DNA from: Catajapyx aquilonaris
Taxonomy: Eukaryota
Direction: 5' to 3'
Length of the DNA stretch: 64,000 nucleotides
NCBI GenBank assembly: GCA_000934665.2
Contig: KZ538256.1
Location: 1 to 64,000, forward strand
Under the pieces are notes generated by a model that saw only the letters and a program-made list of their open reading frames with translations, did no database searches and was not told the origin of the DNA. The position numbers and the translations under genes are program-made. Each line of letters starts with the position of its first letter. Positions within the stretch are counted from its first letter, which is position 1. Shown one piece after another: positions 13,901-26,913 of this stretch.

Positions 13901-16680
13901 CTGGCAATCAATGTTATACAAATAGATTTGCATAGTTATCATCAATTATGCGGTTTCGACCGCATAAGGTTATGGCAAATTGCCTTATTTAGGAGTTATG
14001 AAGCACATGAAATTAACAAGCAGTTCGCTAAATCATAACCTGTCCCAATTAGGCCCCCTGGCCAGTATAAGTTTAATTTGGCGTTGTGTTCATGTAATAT
14101 TCAAGCAATGCATAGTGGCGTAGAGAGGGGGGGCATGTGAAACGCAAACCATTATACTCTTGAAATACCGCTTTTTTCCAACCTACAGCCTACAGCTGCT
14201 ATTTGACTGCAAAACATTACCATTATGGTACCTACATTACCATCTTACATGTTGTATATTGCCTGATATGACATTAGGAAATAATCCAGATTTGACGATC
14301 CATTCGTCTTAATTCGACAGTATCATAAATGTTGTCCCGAAGGCCCATACCTATACCAGGCAAAACCCCGCCACGTCTAAAACCCAACCCAGCAAAAACC
14401 GCCAGCAGTGCCCCTCTCGCGGCCACACCCGGAACTTCTGGCCCATCTCCCGGATCAATGATGTAACAGATCTCCCAAGCAGTTCCGCAGCTTCCCACCA
14501 GAGTGCACCACCATCCCGGAAACTGCTTCCGCGATAATGTCACACCCCCGCTCAATCCATCAATCTCCCAACAAACCACGTGAACACCCCCTCCTACATA
14601 CCCCTGAAAATTTGCATACGCCCAAAACTTTCAAGGTCGCCCTCTTTGCACCCCCAATTCAATCAACACCTATCTTATTGAACTTTTTCCCCGCCATTCT
14701 ATAGCTATAGCTTTCTATCCCTGAACTTTACAGTAACGGCGCCTCGTTGCAAAAAAAAAAAAAAAAGAATTACATCCACCCTGCAGTGACCCTGACCTCC
14801 GACCTGCTCCCCTCGCAAATTTGGTACCCCCCACACGAGCAAGGGGCCAGTGCCAAATGTTGAATTGATTTCCGGTTGCCCTTCTGCAATATACGTGATG
14901 CCGAATATTTTTCTCAATACGTGTCTTTCCAAGGGTATACACGTCGCAGTTTTTTTTCAAGACTGCTACATAATATATTAGTTATATTCCTTTGAAAGTT
15001 GTGTGGCCAGAGTGTGATAACGAAAATAGCCCTAATTTATTTAATTTGCATATAGGACCTTATCGGGTGTAAGGATACTCCAGCGTTAAGTGCTACATGA
15101 TAATAATATTTTGATAACGGAAGGGCTCGATACTGGCCATAAATACAGCTTTGTCGGAGGAAAATATTTACGCTAATTAGACTACAGTGCCCGCAAATTG
15201 CGCCTGCCAGTAAGGCTAAAGGGCTGTAAGGGCGTATTATCGATGTAATGAGCATCAATTCACCAGTTTTGACAGGAGATCTCCTCCGCTTTTTTAGGAA
15301 GCATCGTTTTAAATAACAGTCAATTTTAGGAGTGAAAGCGCTCTATTTATTATTTATTAACTATAGTATTGACTGTTTGGTCGTTGCAAAGTAATTAACG
15401 GTAAATCCCTTATGTAAACTCGCAATATTGGCTTCAATATTTCATTATTTACAGGTTCAAGGTTAGCATTGTCAATTCATAATGAGTTATAGCAACAATT
15501 TGATCGTCCATTAATGACATTCCATGATTGAAGTTTGTTCAAGACTTACGATGCGGACAGATTACTCATGTCAGTCTCTGCCCTGGTTTTGCTTTATATC
15601 CTTCCTGCCAAGCCCGGCTTTACTGAAAGGATCAAACTCACCCTTATCTAACTGGCGGGCCTAATCTATCATCATCATCATCAAACTATAATCACCCTCC
15701 ACATATGTACCAACTGGACACCGTATATGCAAATTTCAGCAAAGATCCGGATCGATAATTTCCATTTTACAAAAAAAATTATATATATATTGTGGCGGGT
15801 TCAGACTCTTACACTCCATTTATATCTGGAACGACAATAGCCGTAAACCCCGGGTCATTTGCGATGAAATATGGATGAAAATAGCATGGCGGATTATTCA
15901 ACAGCAACAAGGAAGAAAACGAGCCCAGTTCAGCAGCTGAAGAGAGGTCGGCTTCTTAAGAAACTTGTCTGAATTCATCCCGCCCTCCATTCCTTTCTCT
16001 CTTGTCTCGTTTTCTTTCCCAGAAAACGAATTGATGCCATAATTTACCCAGGGTTTTTGTTTAATAATTACTGAGCGTTTAAGTGCGGAAAGTGAAGACA
16101 AACGCGTCTCATTTTGCAGGCGAAAATTGGACTGGAGTAGTGATATTAATGGTTTTTGGGCTAATCCGGAGACGGATTGGGTTCAAAATGACTGGAGAAC
16201 TACACGGAAGCAGACTTGTACGGATCGTATGTTCATTACAAAATAACATACACGCTCTCACTGTGACGTCCTAATATGTGCAATTTTAAATTACAATGCG
16301 GCACACTCCTCGTAATTGTATTTGTTTCTGGGGTTAGCATAGTAAAGACAATTGTGACTAAACCCTAGGCGTTTCGTAATATTATTTATTTGTCATGCAA
16401 TGGTTGTGCAAATGTATATCACTGTGCAATGTGCATCCTCCCATGAGAGCACATGCCACGGCTACTAAAATACATAAATACATAAATAATAAATGTATAT
16501 AATGGCTCTCGGCATACTGTAACTGCAGGATTAACTGCGTACGTAATGCATCTTTTATAAGTAAACGTGGTTCGCTCGCAGTGTCCTGCGTTTAATTCCG
16601 GAAGTGTCCCTTTACATTAAAAATTCGCAAGAGGATCACTATCCTAGTGTAATGCACTTTTTGGTCTTGAATAGCACTGC

Positions 16681-16822
16681 ACTATGTAGCTCAAATTCTT
16701 TTGGCCACTTTATCCTGGTATTGAAGCAACTATTCGCACAGGCCCCACGGTGAGGAAGTGTGTGTGTGAAGGGTTGCTTCAAAACCAGGATAAAGTGGTC
16801 AAAAGAATGTGAGCCCCATAGT
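16681..16822. mobile_element. Small palindromic element (MITE-like hairpin), ~142 bp
   Basis: ~60-bp imperfect inverted arms (ACTATGTAGCTCAAATTCTTTTGGCCACTTTATCCTGG... / ...CCAGGATAAAGTGGTCAAAAGAATGTGAGCCCCATAGT). TSD not clear. Confidence 0.7.
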
Positions 16823-18874
16823 ACGTTACATAGCGGTAAGATTATTAATTGCGAAACACAACAATGTCTAAAGTGCTATTTCATGAAACAGCCACATTGT
16901 TATTAATTGCTGTCGAGGTAACAATACATGATCCAAATGTCTCTGCACTGAGTTGCCAGAAAGTGACATCGACAACCTAAATAAAAACACCAAAAGACTT
17001 CCAACCACATTTGATTTACCCCGTCTCCAAACCAGATCGACACACCACGACCAAACTCTTGTCCACGTCACTATCATCCCTAGGGTCGGATTACTTCAGT
17101 CTGTCCCACGGAACCCACCCTGATCAAATCTGCAGGCAGAACATGACAGACTCTCTTTGGGTACAAAATAGGTACGACACATTAAGGGAACCCCCACACT
17201 TGTGAGTCTCCGTCTCGCCAGATGGTAGCCGCATCGGGTCAGGCTCGCTGGATCGATCCCGTCCTTGGGAAGATCCCCAGCAGCCGGTCGTCTGGTCCCG
17301 CCCTAAAAACCTGTTCCCTACTGTCCCATTTCCGAGCAGGGCGCAGGCAGTGATACTAGCAAAAAAAAGACACCCTTGCTAACTCTTGCCCGGTCTGGGT
17401 AATAAGACGTCAAGTGTTTGGCAACGTTCCTGCGCCTCACAACAAAACCGGCCAAAAACCCAGTCCAGGCCCCCAAAAAATAGGTTGCAAATATGGAGGA
17501 AAAAAAAGTGAGCAAATTCCTACAAAACTCGAGGCACCCATAGCGGACGTGTAAAAACCGACAGGATTGACGCTATTTCGTTCAATATTCCCGGAAACAA
17601 TGTCACTTAGGTCAGTTTCCGAGCGCCCTTTTGTTCACAGGCCACCTTTGTTCAGCCCGATAAATCAAACTTTTTTGATACGATATATATAGACCAGGCG
17701 AGGAGGCACACCTATATTCGATACTCGTATTTTACCATTTTGGAGCCATTTCCTACTCCGGAGCGCCCCAGAAATTTCGTGGGAGAGGTCCTTTTGCCAA
17801 CCATTAATTAGCGCATTGGAACGCGTACATTCCGGTGCCAAATTCTAAGGTTTATGTCTTCTGACATTTTCAATTTCCCTCGATTCTACCACTAGCAGTT
17901 GGCCCCACTACAATGGCTAAGACACGCTTAGCTCTAATGGCATAAGCCGCAACAATGTACTGCATACACTGACTAATTGTGTTGTCTGTAGATCGCTGGG
18001 CGATGGCTAGCTCGGGAGGACCGCAAATGCCACACTGCACCAACTAGCCCTTAATCGCATTCCTTTTAAACCCAGCCTGACGGAACTGCCGCTGAACGTC
18101 GCTGTGATGACAATGGTGGCGGCGCTGCTGTTGCAACCCACGAAGTTGCAGATGGATTATGATGGATCGAAGATCGGAAAATGCTATTACAAAAGTATCG
18201 CCTAGTTTGAGGGAAGTTTTAATATTAAAATGGCGCCTGTAATGGCGCAGTTTGGAGCCAGCAGGTTTTATGTCCAGAGGAGAATATGCGAGCAAAAATT
18301 ATGCTGAATATTAAATAACAAAAGAATTAAAAATAATGACCCCTACAGTACAAACTCACAAAGGAATTTAATGATTTCTAGCTAATATACAGCTGTTGCC
18401 CATACGCGTGGGGTTTTTTCCCCCCTTTGTTGGCAAACATGATAAATGCCTTCCATATTGAATCAATACGGTTGGCAGGAATAAAACGTCATCAGTCGAT
18501 GAAATATTATAAAAAATATGGCGGCGGTTTTCAAACAGAGTGAGGCCAGGCGGATACTGCAATGCCAACTGCAAAACAAAACCACAACATGCATGGGAAA
18601 CAACATGGCCAATATATTTCATCATCATGTCTCAGCTCATGCGGACTGTTTGCACTGCAGGTATGAAACAGGAAAAAAAACCCCACAATTTACCCACCAC
18701 GCATACTTTGTAAGGCTATCTGAAAAAAGTGCATGAAAAATAATAATCCACAAACTCCACAGGCCTCCACGCCTCCGCAAATCGAATATCACAACAAACA
18801 AGGTGGTTTCACAAAATGTGATTACCACTGTTATTGCAATTTACCTTCGACATTTACACCAATGGCTTTATTAA

Positions 18875-18875
<1 letters not shown>

Positions 18876-18936
<61 letters not shown>
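18876..18936. repeat. (ATT)n microsatellite, ~20 units
   Basis: Directly visible. Confidence 0.97.
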
Positions 18937-20681
18937 GCCCTATTATCTGATTGATACGTGTTAGAGTGTGTCTAGTTTATAAATTAAAAAGTTCACATTT
19001 GGGCAAAATGGAACAACACTGAAGGTATACATTAATGTGTCCTACATATATGCTAATTTTCGCGTTGCCAGTAAGTTAACAGTTATGTCATCAGTCCAAA
19101 CGCCAATGCATTCATATTATTCAGAAGTTACCCAACCACAAAACTATGGATAATATGCAGAAGAATTATGGCCCAAAACATGTCGAGAAATATACAGGCT
19201 ATATGTTTTTCAGAGGTGTCACCTATATGAAGCATTCTAGCCCATTCTGTCAATATAGCCATAAAAGCTACTGATTTTATTAGTAACCTATACATGCTAC
19301 TCCAAATGCTCTTTCATCATGTCATGGTTGGATGTTGGCAAAACTGCTAATGACAATTACGCAAAAATAATTGATACTGTTTAACTATGTTCGTTAAAAA
19401 GTCAACTAAATACTACAGTATGCACAACTAACCATGAACATTAATTCTCGATATACCGTCGGTTAGCAATTGGACTATGGGCGTACAACTCAAAACTATT
19501 TGCTGGCTTTAAAGCGAAATTTTATTGCGTTAAACAAGCGCTATAAAAAACTAGCTGAATAATACAGCATACAAACTGTTGTATCCACCACAATTGGAAT
19601 CGCGCGCAATTGAAAAAAAAATTAATACACAATGCAGTAGTTCAAAGCCGAATTTTTAAATTTTGGAAAAAATAACAAAGGCCTAGCACTACCCGATCCT
19701 CAGCTTTTCTGTAATCCGCCCTGCAGGCACACATGGCAATGCAATCAACCAACTCGGGATAAGTATTCCCGGGAAAACAAAGCTATTTTCACAAAAAAAA
19801 CCCACTCCACCCTGCCTTTCCCCCCACCTAGAGCACTGGTGAGTTTGCTCTATTGAGCCCGACATAAAAGGATCAATGGCCCACCAACCAGCCCCCAAAT
19901 TCCACACTGTGCAAGTTATTATTGATATGCATATGCACTGAATGTTCTGCAATCTAGGGGTCAGTGTATGAATAGCCTGTTTTCGCACCATTATTGCATA
20001 CCACAACATGACTACTCCACCTTTACTCACAAACTAGTCGTTATATTGACCCACACTGAAGTAACCCAGTGCCCCAGAGAAATTATTCCTCGTACAGCAA
20101 TGAGACAGAAAAATGTGGCATTTAAACGAGGCAGGTTTTTAAAACAGAGAGGCAAAATTAAAGGGGACATTTAATATCATTTGTTTGTCGAGGTGGACGA
20201 GGCTTACAGTTGACATTATACAGTGACGAGCAAATAAATTCGCATCATAATGTAGGTTGAATCATCCTCAGAGAACATATTCAAATAGTGTAAAATCGGT
20301 GTTAGTTAGCTAGGGCCACATGTATACCCGTGCGAAAATTCATTCCATACCGTGGAGCATTTTACATACTGTGGAAGCACTGGCCATACTGTAAAATTAT
20401 TACGCTGTAATCGTACTGGCGGCAGGCATAGTTTGCTAAATTTAATTAGCCCTTGCTGCTATCAATAACACATCTCTAAATGCACCCAGTCATATTTACC
20501 CTGCATATTTACGTATCAGAAATATGTCCATGAATGGACGCAAACCTGACATAATTAATCCGGCAACGGTTAGTCACTCCAATCATCCAAAACCATGAGC
20601 ATACTACCTGACCATATGCGTAGATTTATTTGAAAATAACACTCGGCGAACTATTTCATTGTTTTAAAATATGATCTTCAA

Positions 20682-20982
20682 CCGAAGCAGCAGTAGGTGA
20701 GGGGATATGGTATCCGGCTGCTACTCGGGAGGTCCGGGGATCAAATCCCGGGACCGGCAACTCTGACCGCGGTTTTCTGTGGTTTCCCACGGTCCCTCCA
20801 GGAAAATTCCGGAGTTGTTTCCGTAATTAACAGGCCACAGCCGCTTCCTTCCATCCCTATCCCTTCCCAAAAAGCGAAGCAAAAAAGTAAAAAGCAAAGA
20901 GTTCCTGACAAAAAATTGGGATGAACTCCCCCCCCTAAGAGAGCCAATGGCTCTATCACGGGGTAAATTATAAAAATAAAAT
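20682..20982 (+). mobile_element. tRNA-derived SINE (family 1), full length
   Basis: Degenerate tRNA-like head (B-box-like GGATCAAATCC), body GGTTTTCTGTGGTTTCCCACGGTCCCTCCAG...CCGCTTCCTTCC, and an A-rich tail. Perfect 15-bp TSD AAATATGATCTTCAA at 20667-20681 and 20983-20997. Confidence 0.88.
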
Positions 20983-22605
20983 AAATATGATCTTCAAGCG
21001 TGGTAAAAAAATAAGGGAAATGTATAATTTTTGTAATCCCTTTTGTGCTTGTTCCCAAATTCCTGAAAATGTCATAAGTACCTTACAGGCTGACAACAAT
21101 ATTAATAAAAATAAGCATGTGCATCAAAGTAGAATGACTGCTGTTCAATACAGCTACGTTAATTTGCTGTTTCACCGATTAAATAACAATTCAGTGTGAA
21201 TTTTATAGCAACTAATACGTCATGTGCAAATACTGTAACTGACATGTATAGAAACACCTTTCAATATCGATATAGCCTAATCATACGAACCGTCACTCAT
21301 AGCACACAAAAAGTGTCAAGTTTACAGAGAAATAGTCTCCATCTGTGACTGCCAATCAACTGAAATTTAATATGGCCGAATTGAGCACATATTTAAAACC
21401 ACGTGGTCCATTCACAGTAATCTTTAAATCTTCACGTATCCACCATTTTCAATCCTTAAAAATCCATTAGAAGTTAAAACTTTTAAAAACAAAAAAAAAA
21501 CCAAAAAAAAGGAAGCAGCTATACCAACGCTATTAAGCACGGTGGCATGTACTATCACGGTCAAAAAGATTGTCGGACTGTTATGGAATGGCAATTTTCG
21601 TCTGATGTGACGTTTTTCTCGCAGGAAACGACTCGCCCGTCAGTACCATTACAGCTTTTTCGAGAGAGAGAGAAAAAATTTGGGCAAACATGAAAAAAGT
21701 TTTTTCACAGATGCCCTTTTTGCTCCACAGCTATTCCACCACCGAATTTCAACAGGCGGCTTCCGCTTAGGAACACAACAGAACCTTGATTGCGCAGGTG
21801 AAAACCCAGGAAAGGTTCCATTAGTGCACATGGAAGCGGCAATCTAGCGCTAACTGATAAGATGGTCTTGTCTACAAACGAGACCGGAAAAGGCCAAACT
21901 TCATTAATCATCTTGTTTCGGATGTCTCAAGCCTTACGACGAAATGACAAAGGATTCCAATTACAATAAAAATGAACAAACACCAACGCTAAAGCCCAAG
22001 TGCAAAAGGAAGGGGTTTTAGCCGCATCAAGACGAGCGAATTGAATTGCGTATTTTTTTTTTGCACTCCCTCACCACCCCAAAGTTGCGACCTAGTTACA
22101 CAGAACAAGGATCAGAATATATCAGCCAAGCTATACCTTCGTTAAGAATTTACTTTTTGCATACAAACTGCACTGCGCCAAAAGGATTGCCGCGGTCAAC
22201 AATGGCAAAACTTGAATTGTGGGTGCATAATAAACAAACTCTACATTTTGCATCATCGCACTGTACCTTTGCAGGCAATACCTGAGCAGGGACCTAACTT
22301 TTCTGCAAAAAAACTTAACGCCCGCAACACATCACGCCGTTTCCAAAATTAGGCGAATAACTCAAACCGCGGCATATTTACGACGCTCAAAACGAAATAA
22401 ATCATCAAAATCCACTTCGGTCCTAGAACCTACCCGTTATTTATACCCGACCTACTAATAAATTACCCCCTCATAATCTTCAGTCAGCAAGAGTTCAGAC
22501 TCATACATTACACTTGCCACAAGTCTGAATAATCGCACCTGCAATGACACTGTTTTTTTTATTATTAAAAAAAGCCCCACAGGCATTGTACAGTACTGTC
22601 CGTCA

Positions 22606-22887
22606 ACCGGCGCCGGTGGACTAGCGGTTAGCGCGCTCGCCTCTGGTCCCAAGGTTGTGGGTTCGAACCCGGCCGAGGTCGGTGACTTTTCTCCGGGTGG
22701 TATAGAAAAGTGAAAGTGCGCCGTCCTTCGGAGGGGAAGTAAAGGCGTCGGTCCCGTGTGCTTGTGACATTAGACGAGTGCACGTTAAAGATCCCCAGAG
22801 TGGCAAAATTTCCAGGAGGAGGACCACCCCCTGGCGTCGGTGTTGGGCCTTAGAGGCAGAAATGGGCCGACGTTAAGCCCCACTGAT
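22606..22887 (+). mobile_element. tRNA-derived SINE (family 2) with Deu/Nin-like central domain
   Basis: A box TGGACTAGCGG and B box GGTTCGAACCC. Central GCCGTCCTTCGGAGGGGAAGTAAAGGCGTCGGTCCC...GTTAAAGATCCC (22720-22796) resembles the Deu/Nin SINE domain as recalled, not searched. Perfect 15-bp TSD CAGTACTGTCCGTCA at 22591-22605 and 22888-22902. Confidence 0.9.
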
Positions 22888-25800
22888 CAGTACTGTCCGT
22901 CATGACAACTCTTACACCGTACCTGACCACAAAGCGGTATTACAGCCACGAGGCTTAGGGTGTCACTGACCCTAATTATTACTGTCACCATGCAAAATGG
23001 TCAAGAGCTGAATTCAATTGAAAAGCCCCAGTTGCTCGAAGTGAACTGTCGATTTTCCTTCCACTGGGTTGCCATAGGAGACTAATTCCGGCTCTGGCAA
23101 ATGTTTAGTTAATGTGAACGAAGATTAGCGGGAAATCGGGTGGGAAGCGATTAAATTGTTATGTCCACTCTCGATATATAAAGCGGAAGGTTCGTGGGTG
23201 TGGGCCGAACAGGCTTTTGTTTGAAAAAAAATAAAGTTTTCAGCAAATTCTCCCAACACTCCAACAGTTCGCAAAGTATGCCAAAGATGGCGCTGTCAGC
23301 CGCTATGCTTTTAAACACCCGAGTTGTCCTGATAAAAAAATTCGTTTAGCAAATATTTCTCGCGCCATCCAAACCGCTATCTCTATACAAAAAAATTTCT
23401 ATCTCTATTTCCGACCCCCGACAAGAATCCGCGTCCGGTCCCTAGTGAAATGAATCGCTCTCTCCCTGCGGGTGCCATACGACCCACGACAGAATACACA
23501 AGAGCCTTAATTACAGTCAGACTCAAGCCTAGGACAGTTTAGGATTATTTATCGTCTGGTAGAACCCAGTAATGCAATCCGCAAAACTGCGGGGGAGAGA
23601 ATCCGAGGGGAATATGACCCACTTTTAAAATGTCATCAAGAGTTGGCCTCTCGGAATGGTGACGTCTCTTAAAGCGTGGTGTGACAGCAGAACCAGGGTG
23701 TGCTGAAAGGGGCCAAGACAGCGCGATCTCAGCCTTAGACATGCCAGGTCAGCAAATGATGACTCGTTCAGAAATATGAAATGATATTTTGATGCGGTTC
23801 GGACGCCCCCCAAAAAGCTGAATCGCATTGTCGTCAAAAAAATATTACACGCTCTCTGGCGACATCTTTTACAAATAGCAGGTGGTATCTACTACTCCCT
23901 CGCGGGCTATTTCTAACCCAGAGTTTTTTGACTGTCAAAAAAAGGTCGGAATGTGCTTAATACGTTACACTAACAGCGCATATGTTGTCCAACCGGGGGC
24001 TTTTCCAGCAGAACTCGAAACTTGGCCATTAGCTAATTGATAACAGCTGGAGGCTGTGTATCCTGAATCCGTAATTTCAAACGGCACACAGATTCGTCAT
24101 CCCGTGAATCCCGGATTAATACCCCGTTTTTTTTTTTTTTTTTTTTTAGGAGCCTGGAGATAAGCAAAGTACGGCGAGGACTTTGCTGGCACAACAATTT
24201 CTTCCCAGCAGATCGATGCTGAATTTTCCATTGCTGACAGAGAGGGGGGGCTGACCAAGAATCGGTTGTATTTCTCCCTGAGGCTAGCAACATTCAGCGG
24301 ATCCATTTAGTCGTAGAGTCCGAATATTATCGAGCGATTCCTGCCTCATCTCGCTTTTGAGTCCCATCGCGTGTTCGCTGCTAAAAGCGCTCGCCACCTC
24401 CCACACCCCCCCNCCCCCCCCCCCTTTTCATGGACCATTACCATAATTTTCCGAGCTGATTACATCCAGAGGAGCACTTAGGGTAATATCTCGCAGTGTT
24501 GTCACGGCAATTAAAGCCATCTATTACTTAATCTACACAAGGCCCATCTTTTGTGAGTTGAACCGTTCGCCGATTGTAATGTAAAATCCTGGGTCGAGAT
24601 AAGCATGGAGCCTTTCTTTGATTACAGTTACTGTAGACTTGCAACGGCTGAAAATCAGGGTTCAAAAAGAACTTGCGTAACAACCAACCCTGCATGTAGT
24701 TATCAGCATGGGGGTGTACCTCATACTGTGTGCTCAATTAAAAAGTCTATAATGAACACCAGGACCCTTCCATGCATGGTGGCCGAGGTTTTGTCGTCGG
24801 CAATAATTGGTTGTCATTACATGACCTACATGGGTGTACAAACATTGCCTTGTGTGCAAGTTACTAGTTTTCATTTCACTGGAAGCGTATGGCTCCACTC
24901 TAGAGTTTCTGTTATGCACTGTAAAACCGTTATGAATAGTTACACCTTGATATAATTTTACGACAATCCCATTCAATCGTACCGCCATTTCGACATTTTC
25001 AAAAAATTTCAGCACATTTGAGCTAAATCTCAGACATTTTGTTCCCATCACTCTTTCCAATCCTTCTTTTTAAAAAACATGTCAACCCCATGGATATCAA
25101 TCTGCTCCATGTCTGCGCACCCTAACAACCGGATTTTTTTAAAAAAATGACACCCGCGCAAAATCGGAAATTGAAGATCAGGTGCCAGTACGTAACGGGG
25201 AATTCCCCCGGATCTGATCACTTTTTTCCATTTAAAAAAACCCTCCGGAGTTGACAGATCCTATTGATTCGTTGTGGAGGTCTGAGGGGTTGAAAAAAGA
25301 GCTCGTAAGGTGCCAACCAAATTGCATATATCGCCCGGGAGGATCTTCTTTCCCTTTACCCCTTTTGGCTCAAGAAACTCCATCCATTTTGGCGCGCTAA
25401 AAGTGATGGCAGCGCCAGGCCTGAAAAGATGGATATGCAGAAGTAAATGGGGTTGGAGGAGGAGGAGGAGGGGATTCCTCTTTTCTTCCTATAAGGTTCC
25501 TTCTCTAAGTCCCACGACTATTCCCTATTCGCCTAGTGCAGCAGACTCTCTCGGGCTGCAACTTTCCAACCATCTCTCGGAAATTGAGAATGCGGATGCA
25601 AGCGGTGCTGGAGTTGGCAGAAACAAAAGAGGAGCCGAATTTTGCTGGGGACCGATCGACTTCGGAATTCATCCTCCAACTTTGCTCGTTGTGCTTCTCT
25701 CCACCCCCGCATCGTTGTTTTTTTTTTGTTGAAAATAAAATAAAAAAATGAGTTCCAAATAGCATTTTCGTGTCGGCTCATTGTTGAGGAAGCTCGGGGG

Positions 25801-26827
25801 TGGGGGCAAAAATATGGGTGGGGGGGCTTTGGGCGATAATGAAAAATATTACTGACTTCAATGGAAATACACAAGAGGAGCCTATCGATTAGTCGCACAT
25901 AAATTTTATAGAGGGGGGATGGGTGGCTCAGAAATTTTCATTACTGGTAATAGCCCTTGTGCAGGGGGGCAGGCGTAACGTAATTGCAGGGCACTTTATA
26001 GTTCCGGGAATAGTGTGGCGTTTTTAGTCTGATCCTTGCTACAGTGTTTGTTAGGAGTGAAATTTTGGCTACGTACAGGCTACAACAATAACATCGTTAT
26101 TCAGGAGCGTTCAGGAGATACTAACCATTTTTTAAACGAGGCACTGCATGTAAAAATTACAAAAGAGCGGCTGACCACATTTGGAAACTCTCTCACGCTC
26201 TCTAAATTATTTTGAGAGGTCTTGCACTCCTCCAATTGAAGTGGTTTCAGGTGACAAGCATTTCCACACACTCAAAGTTGATGACACATTTTAATCAAAC
26301 TGACAGGGGGGGGGGGGGGGNGGACTGCTTTAAAGGCGGTTTACAAGTATAGATGACAGAAATTTTCATTCAATTGCGTACAAATTAAGCACCATTCTAA
26401 CAACGAAAGAAAAACTTCCCACTATAAAAAGTTCATTAATTATTTTCAAATTTATTTCTAACTTCAATAATTAATAAACTTTCAATTGCAGCGTACAGCC
26501 CCCCTGGGTCAATTTTGTACCGAGTACAATATTTGTTCCCGGCAAGTTCCAAACTTTCCTCGTGCAAAAAAATAAATAAACTCCTCAAACTTCCAATCTC
26601 CTGCTCTCATGCAATACCAACTATCACTTCTCCCAAGTTACTTCATGATTCACTCTCGTTACATGCATGCGCTCCCCCCGTCAATCAATCCCAGCAGACG
26701 GGATGCCATGCCATCACACTACCCAACTATTGTTTGCTTGTCCATGTTGTCGATGACATGCTTTTACTATCCGGCACAACCTAATATAGCACTGCCTGAA
26801 ATTGCCACGCAAACTATCACCATCGCC

Positions 26828-26889
<62 letters not shown>

Positions 26890-26913
26890 CAACAACAATA
26901 GCAATAATAATAA
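26828..26913. repeat. (AAT)n microsatellite, ~19 pure units followed by a degenerate AAC/AAT tail
   Basis: Directly visible. Confidence 0.97.

Noticed and set aside
18733..18954. Poly-Leu ORF (also poly-Asn/poly-Tyr ORFs at 26.6-27.0 kb)
   Set aside because: Translations of ATT/AAT microsatellites.
22606..22680. tRNA gene calls for the A/B-box heads here and at 29420-29493
   Set aside because: No complete cloverleaf or terminator. They continue into SINE bodies, and this copy has a TSD.
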